60,930 nucleotides of DNA from a virus. Its lineage: Duplodnaviria; Caudoviricetes. Within the stretch, counting starts at the first letter, position 1. Each line of letters starts with the position of its first letter. Of the stretch, positions 1 through 9,200 are shown piece after piece. Made by a program: the position numbers and the translations under genes. The stretch lies in IMG/VR virus record IMGVR_UViG_3300032164_000015, positions 1-60,930 of that record. The stretch is one strand, 5' to 3'. A model generated the notes under the pieces. That model was not told the origin of the DNA. It made no database searches and saw nothing but the letters and a program-made list of their open reading frames with translations.

Positions 1-1
1 T

Positions 2-1270
2 CATCCGAATCATCTTCTCCCAAAGGAAGGTGCCGCCCTTCGAGGGGTCGTAGTTGTAGGTCGAGAAAGGGTGGCGCTTGTCACCGAAGAGCCGCTTGTC
101 TTGCTCGACGGCCTCGTGAATTTTCTCGCGCCGCTGAATGAACGGACTGATGGAAACCGTCGCACAGCCCGCGAGGTCGCGGATGGAGCCTTCGAGGTCG
201 CTCTCGAAGTCAGACCGGAAGTCCTCCGGCACGTCGAGAAGAACGGTGCCCTCGACCGGCTTCGCACGGAGAACCTCAACCTCCGAGGGTTCGAGAATCT
301 TCGAGGGCGTCTGCTCGTTGCCCACGATGACCTGAAACTTCACGTTGGAGAAGTTCTCAGGCTTCACGTCCCACAACGCGTAGTCGCGCACGAACACCGT
401 CGGGTCCTCGCGCGCGGCGCGCACGCGACGAGCGGTGAAGTCGTCGCTGGTCTTCTTCGAGGAGACGACGAACAACATCCCCGGCAGCTTCCCCTTACGC
501 TGGAAGCGGGACTTCATGCGGCGCTGGACCGAGTTGTAGATGACCTCGGCGTGGTCCACGTAGCCCATGCGCGCGGCTTCTTTGCCCTTGGTGGGCATGA
601 AGTTGGTCTCGTCGAGCAGGGCGGAGACGGCGTTCAAGCCGAGCGCGGAGGTGTCGGTGGTCGCGCGCGCAGCCACCCAGACGTTGTGCGGGAAGCGCAG
701 CTCCTTCTTGGTGGGCGTGAACGCGAAGTTCTTCTGAAAGTACGGACTCGCCTTGATTTTGGTCGCGATGTTCTCGAACGCGACCTTCACGGCCAGAACC
801 TCGTTCACCGAAAGACAGATGACGGCGATGTTCGAGTCCTTCGCGAGGCTGAAGGTGGCGTGGGGGTCGCGCAGGCAGGAAATCTCGTACAACACCCGGC
901 AGACGCCGATGCTTGCAGCGAACGTTTTTCCGTAGCCGATAGAGCCCGTCCAAACCGACTCGTGGTACCCGCCGGAGAACAGCTCCGTCAGGTCGTCGAG
1001 CAGCCTCGGGTAGATGCCTTCGCAGGTGTGACCAAGGAAGTAGGGGTCCTTGATGAACTGCTCCATGTCCACCGGCTGCGTCTTGTACTCGGACTTGTGG
1101 AGCGCCTCGTACATCCCGCCCTTGATCTGGCCCTCCTTCAGTTCAGCCATCAACACCTGAAGAGCCGCCTTCTCCTCGGGGTCGAGTCCCTCCATCTCCC
1201 TCTGGAGCAACTCCTCGATTTCCTCGACGGTGCGCTGGCTACGGCTCCGGCCACCGCTCTCGTGAATCAA
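2..1270 (-). CDS. terL: Terminase large subunit, N-terminal ATPase part (continues beyond window start)
   Basis: Hand translation of an open minus frame from TTG at 1270 (TTGA overlap with the upstream stop): PVDMEQFIKDPYFLG, Walker A WTGSIGYGKT, Walker B ALLDETNF, RRMKSRF, coupling-like LFVVSS. Confidence 0.85.
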   Translation of the reverse strand, partial: MIHESGGRSRSQRTVEEIEELLQREMEGLDPEEKAALQVLMAELKEGQIKGGMYEALHKSEYKTQPVDMEQFIKDPYFLGHTCEGIYPRLLDDLTELFSGGYHESVWTGSIGYGKTFAASIGVCRVLYEISCLRDPHATFSLAKDSNIAVICLSVNEVLAVKVAFENIATKIKASPYFQKNFAFTPTKKELRFPHNVWVAARATTDTSALGLNAVSALLDETNFMPTKGKEAARMGYVDHAEVIYNSVQRRMKSRFQRKGKLPGMLFVVSSKKTSDDFTARRVRAAREDPTVFVRDYALWDVKPENFSNVKFQVIVGNEQTPSKILEPSEVEVLRAKPVEGTVLLDVPEDFRSDFESDLEGSIRDLAGCATVSISPFIQRREKIHEAVEQDKRLFGDKRHPFSTYNYDPSKGGTFLWEKMIRM

Positions 1271-1983
1271 GGCGCATCCTCGACAGGCACCAGCTCGACT
1301 TCGGCCTCGTCGGGAGAGTTTTCCTCCACCCGTTCCGAAACCGTGATGTCCACCCCCGCTTTTCCGGCAGCGATGGAGAGGAAGCGCTCAGCGATGCCGA
1401 GCAACTTTCGCCGCGACTCAGGGCTGGTCAACGTCTTCCCGACGGACTCGTCGTAGCGCTTCGACACGTCCGTCATGATTTGCGCATCGACCTCCATCTT
1501 CCCGAGGTGGCGTGCGTTCAGTCCGAGATCCATCTTGAGCTTCGCGATGTCCGCGAGAATCTCCCGCCCTGCCCGCATCTCCTGCGTCATCGAGGGCATG
1601 AGTTTGTTGATGTTCTTCTCGGTCGTGAAGTCGATCTGAATGCGCTCCAACTGCATCGTGTAGAGCTTCTCCATCTCAGCCAGCTCATCAAGCCCTTCCC
1701 TCACTCGCTCGGCGGCGGCGGCGTTCACGCGCGGAACTTTCGCGGAGAGAAGAATCGGAGGCAGGCTCTCCCGGTAGAGGGCGATGATGGCCGCCAAGCT
1801 GGCCTCGGTCACGTCCGCGTACTCGCCTGCCTCCTTCTGCACGTACTGAGCGATGTCGATGGGCTGGAACCCATCAAGCACCTTCTGGTGGAACGCAGCG
1901 AAGCAGTTGAGGGACCGGAGACGAACGAATCGCGTCTCTCGGGACACCGGCTTGATTCTGTTGGCACGCGCAGCGGAACCCAT
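1267..1983 (-). CDS. Hypothetical helical protein, candidate terminase small subunit
   Basis: 238 aa, helical/coiled-coil, directly upstream of and coupled to terL; assignment is positional only. Confidence 0.5.
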   Translation of the reverse strand: MGSAARANRIKPVSRETRFVRLRSLNCFAAFHQKVLDGFQPIDIAQYVQKEAGEYADVTEASLAAIIALYRESLPPILLSAKVPRVNAAAAERVREGLDELAEMEKLYTMQLERIQIDFTTEKNINKLMPSMTQEMRAGREILADIAKLKMDLGLNARHLGKMEVDAQIMTDVSKRYDESVGKTLTSPESRRKLLGIAERFLSIAAGKAGVDITVSERVEENSPDEAEVELVPVEDAP

Positions 1984-2066
1984 GTGGCGATGGTAGCAGC
2001 GGGATCAGGCTTCTCCAAGTCTGAAGGACCGTGCGGTCCCACGGTTCGCTCGAAGAACCCGTCTCT

Positions 2067-3923
2067 TCAGGATTTTGAAGCCCACGAAGGCCCACCACCG
2101 GTCTCTGCTGTGGCGGGAACCCGCTTCATCATCGGGGCCATGCCTTCAATCATCGCCTCTTCGACCTGCTTCTGAACGTGCTTGGAGAACTCAGGACCTT
2201 CGGCTCGATGCTGAACCACGTTCTCGTCGTGGACCATGTGAACCATGCCGACGCGCGCGCCCTTCTCCAAGAGCATCTTGCCCCCGCTCATTGCCTTGCA
2301 GCGCTTGTAGACGAGAGGAAGGCTGTTCTTGAGGCCGTCCGCGCCTGAGCCCTGCACAGGCGAGTTGAAGAAGGCGTTGTGCTCCGTCTCTGGGTCCAAG
2401 AAGCGACGCCGACCCCAGATGGTCCACGCAGCCTTCTGCCGCTTCGCGTCTCGAATCGCCTTGGTGTGCCAGTCCTCGACGCCGCTGTACGCCTCGAACC
2501 ACTTGCGCCGGAACTTGATGGCCTGCCCCTCGGAGAGGGTCACGCCGTAGCCCGCGCGCGCGTAGAGCACCAGCTTGGGGGCCTGCATCCCGTAGATGAA
2601 CCCGAAGTTGACCGGCTTCGCTTGTTGGCGTTGGTCTTTGGAGACCAGCGGTTGCTCGATGCCTGAGAGCAGAGAGGCGGTCACCCGGTGGGCATCGTCC
2701 TTGCCCGGCCCAGCGTTGAAAACCGCGATGAGGCGCTTGTCCCCGCTGATTTCAGCGACCAGCCGCATCTCGATGTTCGAATAGTCGGCGATGGCCAGCT
2801 CGTAACCCTCACCCGCGACGAAGCAAGCGCGGAAGTCTTTGTCGCGGGGAATCTGCTGAAGGTTCGGCTTGGAAGACGAGTAGCGGCCTGCGCCAGTGAA
2901 CGGCCAGAACTCGGTGTGGATGCGACCGGTCTTCGGGTTGACGTGGTTGAGGTACTTCGCACCGAACGATTTCACGCGCTGTGCGACACCTCGGTACTCG
3001 ATGAACTTCTCGATGATGGGGTGAGAAGCGGCCAACATCGCCAGCGTCATCTCCTTGGTATCTTGCAGCTTGACGGTGTGGATCTGGTTCGACTCAGGGT
3101 CTCGAATTTTCTGCGTGACGCCCATCCGCCGCATCGACTCCAGCACCTGCTCCGGCGAGTCGAGATTGAAACGATGCTTTCGTGAAGCAGCGATCATCCC
3201 CGGAAACACGAGCTGGTTGAAGGGGCTCGGCAACTCAGCCAAGAGGATAGCTTCCAGCGCCCGCTGCCGACCCGCGTTGGTAATGGCGAGCTTCTTCCAC
3301 TTCTCTTGGTCGATTCCGAACCCGTTCAGCTCGATGGCGGCTTCCGGAAGAATCGCGTTGAACTCAATGACAGCGACGCGGACGAGGTTCTCTTTGATGA
3401 GCTTCGCGCGCAACGAATCACGCAACGCAGGGAGGTGCGTGATGTCTTCGGCGGCGTAGTCGAGTTGGTCTTTCGTCAGCTCGGGAAGCGTCCAGTCCGA
3501 GCCGCCCAATTCGGGGGCCTCGGGACCGATGTTCAGCTCACGACGATAGAGCGAGTACAGGTCGTGACCGACGTGCTTGTACCCGTTGTAGAGAAGGTTC
3601 GAGGCACGGAAGGTGTCGAACACGCGCTTCAGTTCGAGGTCGAAGTGCCAGAGGAGCCACTTCTGATCGAACTTGAGGTTCTGGCCGATGGTGAGCCCGG
3701 TCGTCTTGTCGAGAGCTTCCACGACCGGCCCCAGCGTGCCCGTCTTGAACAGGTCGATGACGTAGCGCCCGACCCCGGTGTTGATGGAGCAGAGACGCAC
3801 AAGACCGTCGCGCGGGTTCAGCGCGGTGGTCTCAAGGTCGAGCGCGTGCCAAGGCTGTGCCTCCACCTCACGGGCAATCCGCCCGAGCGCTTCAGCCGAC
3901 GTGACGTAGTCGTAACTAAGCAA
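2067..3923 (-). CDS. polA: DNA polymerase, family A (3'-5' exonuclease plus polymerase, no 5'-3' exonuclease)
   Basis: ExoI LDLETT, ExoII GQNLKFD, ExoIII YAAED; TGAGRYSSSKPNLQQIP, motif A ADYSNIEMR, motif B RQQAKPVNFGFIYG, motif C VHDE. Confidence 0.95.
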   Translation of the reverse strand: MLSYDYVTSAEALGRIAREVEAQPWHALDLETTALNPRDGLVRLCSINTGVGRYVIDLFKTGTLGPVVEALDKTTGLTIGQNLKFDQKWLLWHFDLELKRVFDTFRASNLLYNGYKHVGHDLYSLYRRELNIGPEAPELGGSDWTLPELTKDQLDYAAEDITHLPALRDSLRAKLIKENLVRVAVIEFNAILPEAAIELNGFGIDQEKWKKLAITNAGRQRALEAILLAELPSPFNQLVFPGMIAASRKHRFNLDSPEQVLESMRRMGVTQKIRDPESNQIHTVKLQDTKEMTLAMLAASHPIIEKFIEYRGVAQRVKSFGAKYLNHVNPKTGRIHTEFWPFTGAGRYSSSKPNLQQIPRDKDFRACFVAGEGYELAIADYSNIEMRLVAEISGDKRLIAVFNAGPGKDDAHRVTASLLSGIEQPLVSKDQRQQAKPVNFGFIYGMQAPKLVLYARAGYGVTLSEGQAIKFRRKWFEAYSGVEDWHTKAIRDAKRQKAAWTIWGRRRFLDPETEHNAFFNSPVQGSGADGLKNSLPLVYKRCKAMSGGKMLLEKGARVGMVHMVHDENVVQHRAEGPEFSKHVQKQVEEAMIEGMAPMMKRVPATAETGGGPSWASKS

Positions 3924-3945
3924 CCGACCCCCTCGACGTGGTCGC

Positions 3946-4563
3946 CTACTTGTTGACGGTCTTCCGACCCAGAGCGGTCAGCCGGTAGCTCCCCGGTTCA
4001 GGCTTCTCCACCAGTCCGGCGCGGACAGGCCGCCGCAGGCTGTTTCGAGCCCACGAATTGGCCTTCTTCACCGACACCGACGCGGTCTTGAACGCCTCTG
4101 CCGCGAGCGCCTCGATGGTGCGGACCTCGCGGTCACCCTTCACCTCGAAGCAGCCGAGCAGCAGCTTCTCCTTCTTGTTCAGGTCTTCGAACGTGAGTTC
4201 CTTGATGGCAGGCCCAGACTGACCAGACACCGGCTTGTGCTTCGCCTTCGTCTTCGCCTTCGCGGGCTTCGCCTTGATGGTCTTCTCGACAGCCTTCGCG
4301 CGCTTCGTGTACTTGCGCTTCTTCTTGGGCTCCGACGCGGAAGCCTCAACCTTCGCGCGCTTCGTGTACTTGCGCTTCTGCTTCGGCTGCTCAACGAGCG
4401 CCAGCACGGGCGCGGGCGCGGGGGTCTCAGCGGGCTTCGCGACCTCTGCTTCAGGGGCGAGCAACTGCGCCGCTGCGTGGTCCATCCCCTTAGACCGCAG
4501 GAGATTTGCGGCCTTCAACAGCTCCGCAGAAAGTGATTCGGTCTGTCCGGTCGTACCGCTCAT
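3946..4563 (-). CDS. Lys/Ala-rich histone-like DNA-binding protein with C-terminal winged helix
   Basis: Two KRKYTKRAK repeats, KAKPAKAKTKAK tract, C-terminal WARNSLRRPVRAGLVEKPEPGSYRLTALG. Confidence 0.6.
   Translation of the reverse strand: MSGTTGQTESLSAELLKAANLLRSKGMDHAAAQLLAPEAEVAKPAETPAPAPVLALVEQPKQKRKYTKRAKVEASASEPKKKRKYTKRAKAVEKTIKAKPAKAKTKAKHKPVSGQSGPAIKELTFEDLNKKEKLLLGCFEVKGDREVRTIEALAAEAFKTASVSVKKANSWARNSLRRPVRAGLVEKPEPGSYRLTALGRKTVNK
4293..4379. repeat. 30-bp direct repeat x2 encoding KRKYTKRAK
   Basis: ccttcgcgcgcttcgtgtacttgcgcttct at 4293-4322 and 4350-4379. Confidence 0.9.
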
Positions 4564-4628
4564 GGCTCTTCTCGTCCTTGGTAGAGGGGCATTTAGCCCA
4601 CGGGGTGATTCAGCAGAAGTCTGCGATC

Positions 4629-4664
4629 TGTTAGGACCCTAACAATGGGGATCGAGATAGTCAA
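4629..4664 (-). promoter_or_regulatory. sigma70-like promoter with palindrome over the -10
   Basis: TTGACT-17bp-TAGGGT on minus strand; inverted repeat TGTTAGG-AC-CCTAACA at 4629-4644. Confidence 0.6.
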
Positions 4665-4732
4665 CGTAGGGGTCCGGGCTCGCGGTACTACTACTTCTCG
4701 GACCGTTTGAGTCGAGAAAAGCAGGAGGTTGG

Positions 4733-6262
4733 CTACTTTTCCAAGTCAGGAACGACGGGATCGAGGTCAGGCTCGTCTATCCCTGTGGCTCGCGTGAACT
4801 GATCGGGCAGGGCGTCGATGGCAGAAACCTCGGACTTCAAATTCACCATCACTTCATCGAACCAAGCTTGAACGTGGGAAGGCTGGTTCACGAACGATAC
4901 GCGACGGCCCTTGCCGACCTTCTCGGTAGATTCGCCCTTGGCAGCGGCAGCGGCGGCAGCAGCTTTCACGGCGGCGGCCTTCTTTTCTGCGGCATCCGCC
5001 GCAACCATGAGCCGGTCGAAGTACCGGTCGTCATCAATCGAAAAGTCCCAACCATCTTTGGTCCAAGTTCGAGTGTAGATCTGCCGCTGCTGATGGGACG
5101 ACTTTCCATGCGCGTCCACCTTCGCCTCGACGTGGCTGTCCATGAGGGCCAGCGCGTCCACGTCCCGATTGGAAATCAGAGCCTTGAAGTTCATCGGAAG
5201 AACCTCGTGCAGCTCGGTCGTCTTCGCGTGGTCGATGAATCGCGCAGTCTTGTGGCCACGAGACTCGCTCCGCAAAATCAGCTCGTCCAAATCCTCGACG
5301 TACGCCATCACGACGTTGATTCGGTACCCGCGCGCTTTCAGGTCGGGGAAGAACTTCTTCTCCATCCACTCCAGATTCTGACCCGTGCCTGCGAGCACGA
5401 AGTTGTAGCCCTTCTCCTTCGCCTCGTTGACGAGTCGATTGTTCATCTGCAACGTCTCGGCGACGACGGACGAAGCTCCACTCCGCACCTTCAGTTCCGC
5501 CGCCTTCTGGAACTCCGGCATCTCCACCAGAATCTCATCCGGGTCGATCTTGGCCGCGTTGTGGTAGTCACCGCCCTGACGCGTGGACTTGCCAGCCGCA
5601 GGCGGACCCATGATGAACGTGAAAGTTCGCTCGCCCTTCGGAACCGGGTGAACGCCCCGGAAAACTCGCTCACGAATGGGTTCGAGAATCTTCTCCTGCA
5701 TCTCCAGTCGCTCAGGAGCCCAGCTCCCGTCACGGAAATGCTGAGCCATCGTGCTCTTCGGGATGTCCGGGTGGCTATCGGCGTACTCCGAACCAACCTT
5801 GCGCCAAGCGCCGTCGGCACGCTTCTGGTACTCGCCGTCTTTCCACTTATGAATGTCGCCTACCTCGGCGGGAATACCACGCGACTCCAGCGCGACCTGC
5901 GTCAGGGCCTGAGGAACCACGCTCTTGAAGTACGCGTCGAAAAACGCCAACACATCGTCATCGTCGTCCCAGTCCGCAAGCAGCTCGCCCATCGACAAGA
6001 GCTTCAGCTCCTTCACGTTCTTCAGGGTCAGCGGTTCGAAAACGCAAAGGGGCCGTCCAGCGTAAGAAGGCAACAGCGCGAAGCCACGCTCACCTCGGTC
6101 TTCCAACTCGCCTTCCTCATACCGCGTAGGAGTGTTGAACCAGTTGGTCACCCACTCCAAGCCGTCGGGGCCGTACTGCGGCGCGAACGCGACGTATCTC
6201 CTCGGCGGACCCCTCAAATCCTTCTCGGTGACGCGATAGAGCTTGGTGTCTTCGGGTCGCAT
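4733..6262 (-). CDS. Zeta-toxin-like P-loop kinase with N-terminal extension
   Basis: Start moved to ATG 6262 (MRPEDT), 1 nt after the upstream stop; FIMGPPAAGKST Walker A, IDPDEI, GYNFVLAGT, GYRINVVMAYV, RSESRGHKTARFI. Confidence 0.75.
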   Translation of the reverse strand: MRPEDTKLYRVTEKDLRGPPRRYVAFAPQYGPDGLEWVTNWFNTPTRYEEGELEDRGERGFALLPSYAGRPLCVFEPLTLKNVKELKLLSMGELLADWDDDDDVLAFFDAYFKSVVPQALTQVALESRGIPAEVGDIHKWKDGEYQKRADGAWRKVGSEYADSHPDIPKSTMAQHFRDGSWAPERLEMQEKILEPIRERVFRGVHPVPKGERTFTFIMGPPAAGKSTRQGGDYHNAAKIDPDEILVEMPEFQKAAELKVRSGASSVVAETLQMNNRLVNEAKEKGYNFVLAGTGQNLEWMEKKFFPDLKARGYRINVVMAYVEDLDELILRSESRGHKTARFIDHAKTTELHEVLPMNFKALISNRDVDALALMDSHVEAKVDAHGKSSHQQRQIYTRTWTKDGWDFSIDDDRYFDRLMVAADAAEKKAAAVKAAAAAAAAKGESTEKVGKGRRVSFVNQPSHVQAWFDEVMVNLKSEVSAIDALPDQFTRATGIDEPDLDPVVPDLEK

Positions 6263-6263
6263 G

Positions 6264-9200
6264 TCAGAGCCCCATCGGTTTGACGTACTTGTCGTAGATG
6301 GCTTGCGCGGGACCGGTCTCAACGACCACAAAGTCCTCAATCGGCACACCGTTCATCGCAGTGAGCTTCTGCTTGTGAGCCTCTCTGATGAGTTCAACGC
6401 GATCAGACTCACTCTGCGTCACGATGCGAAGAACACGCGCCCCGTGAACCCCGTTGAAAAAATCCGTCTCGTTGGACGCACAGGCATCGTGCTTGTCGTA
6501 AGTGGAAGCCTTCTGGGCGGTGACAGCCGCAGCGTCTCGTCGTTTGATGACTTCAGCGGTTGTCTTGCGAGTGTCCCACTCGTCTTTCCCTGAAGCCTTT
6601 CCGAACGAACCGTACGCATCACCGGGGAAGCTCATCACGTCGAGACGATCCAGCTCGTCCGCCGCAAGAATGTACTTGTACCGGCCCGACACGTTCCCTT
6701 GGTTGTTGGCGTGAAACAAACTCTGTTTGGCGCTGTTGGTCGTAATCAAGCGCCACATGCCGGTCTGAGCGCCTCCGGACGCGAGATCCGGCTCTACCGA
6801 TGAGCCCGCAGGTCCGCCCGCCTTGGCGGTACCCGATAGGACACGCTGATTGATACCTGAAGGCCCGCTGTCGCGGAGCGCCTGAATGATGAACTTGGGC
6901 GTGGAAGCAGAGGTCTCAAGAAACTTGAGAACCGGCTCGCCAGCCTCGTCCTTGGGAAAAGTCTTCCAACGATCTGGTACGAAGAAACTCTTGATACCGG
7001 GCGTCACCTCGGTCTCAGACGCGGTGAAGTACACTTCAGGGACCTTGGCCAATTTCGCTTTGGCCTTGAGTTCCGCAGCAGTGAAATGCTCCGGCTGCAA
7101 GCCACGCTCGATGGCCGGAGCCGCGCTGAACAAGATTTGATGGAGCCGCTGAATCTCGCGATCTTCCGGCGTCGGCTCGTGCATCACCGCATCCCCGAGA
7201 CCGGGCGAAGCTTTGTCGAGAAGCCCCTTCAACACGTCGGTTATTTTCTCGTCAGGACCGAGTTCCAGTTCCGCGACACAGGTACCCGCGAACGACCAGT
7301 AGCTGTGTTCGTCAGACATCATGCGCAGTTTGTGCTTGCCGTCGCTCCACTCGCGCGCCGAGACCTCCAACGAGTGCGCCCCGGTTTGGATGTTCGAATC
7401 GGTCTCGGCATCGTAAGTGCCTGTCCAAAAACCGTGTTCCACTCCCGTACCTGAGTGAAGCAGATTCTTGTAGCCGTAGGTTTTGCCGTTGGTGACCACA
7501 GCGTCCCGCAACTTGAAGGTGACCATCAGCTTGGTCACGCCGGTCGGACTCGTGACGCGCTTGATGTTGAGCGTTCCTGTTGAACCCCAAAGCGCAGGAC
7601 CATCCGTCGGGAAGGCGCGCCCAACAAGTCCCAGCTTGGCGGTCTTGGTGTTGTTGATGTCCTTGAAAGACTGCGCAATGGGTACCGCTGGCGCGTGCGA
7701 AGGGAAGTACGACGGAGTGCCAGAGTGGGGAGCGATCTTGTCGGCTGTGGACGCTTGCTCGTCCGGAGTGATGGTCACCTGCTCGGAAACGAAGGCATTC
7801 GCGATGGCGGCCTTGGACATCGGGAGCAGGAACTTGGTCGAACCGTCACTGCCCTTTTTCTCCACCGCAGGACCCAGAGGCGTCAATCCGAACTTGGTCA
7901 GGAACGCCTGAACGGCGGGCAGTCCTCCGGCGACGTACTTGATGGCCTGCTTCGTGTCATCCTCTGTCGTGTTGCCGTCCGCATCCTTCGTTTTCCACGG
8001 GCGGATCTTCACGTTCGCCTCTTCGGCCCCCTCGGTAGCGGTCTTCTTGACGGTCTTGATGATAGGCACAGGCTTTGCGCCTTCTGCCTGCCAGCCCGTA
8101 ACGAAAGAGAACCGGCCTTTCTCTCCGGTCTTCTCTCGGTACGTCTCGGCCAGCATCTGCTCGACCTGATACTTGGTCGTGTTCTTGCGGTTGAGCGCGT
8201 CCTGAACGAACGCGTTCTGCATGAGCAGGTTGCCGGGATGTGTCGCCTCCGCGACATGCCGAACCATCACATCGAAGTCGAGCGCGGAGATTTTGGCGAG
8301 GTCCTCGAAGACAGCGCCGCCTGCGAGCACTTCCGCCGGAACCGCCGTGAGCTTCTCCCAGACGGGGTCGGTGTCGGGACGAAGAATCGGTTCCGTGCCG
8401 GAAGGGAGAATCCACGCCAGCACGCCCTTCTTGGCGAGATTGGGACCGGTTGGTGCGAGAGACGCCGGGACATTTGCGGCGACCTGAAGTGCGAGCTGGG
8501 CCGTGGCGGCGGCAGCGGCAATCTCCTCTGGCTTCGCAGGAATGACGACGGTCGGAGTGGGCTCCGTGAGTTCGTCCGGAGCCACCGCTGCGGGCGCGGG
8601 GGTGCTCGCGGAGATGGGAGCTACCGCTGCATTCCAGCCGCCGAAGTCCTTCAGCTTCTTCGCGACGTTCTTCACCCGCTTGAGGGCGGTGGTGTACGGC
8701 GTGCCGGTCAGGTACGCGATCTGCGCCGCCGCATCGTTGATGTTGTTGTTGTAGGCGGCGAGCTTCTGAAGCGCGTCGGCGTAGACACTGTCGGGCGACA
8801 TTCCAAGAGCGGATGCGACCTTTTTGACGGTCGAGTACGGAGGCGGAGTGAACCCAACCGGTGGCGGGACAGACTTCTGACCGGGAAGCGGAGCAGCGAC
8901 GACCGGCGGCGGGGCCGAAGGAACCGAAGGCACTTGCGGAAGGGACTGCGCGGTGGCCGCAGGTGCGGTGACAACCCCACCCTCGGGCAACCAGCCAGCG
9001 GAGAAGGTGAACTTGCCCTTCTTCTTGGTCCGCTTCTCGTACAGCCCGGTGATGAACGTCTCGAAGTCGGCCCGGATGTTCTTCTTACGCGCGAGCGCCT
9101 TGTCGTAAATGGCGGCGGAAACGGAGATGCCGCCCGCAGCGGTGGAGACGTAGGGCTCCAGTGCTTTGACGTACTGCTCGTCGGAGATCTTCTCGACCGC

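Noticed and set aside
4686-4695. TACTACTACT as DnaA-trios
   Set aside because: No adjacent DnaA boxes; too short to support
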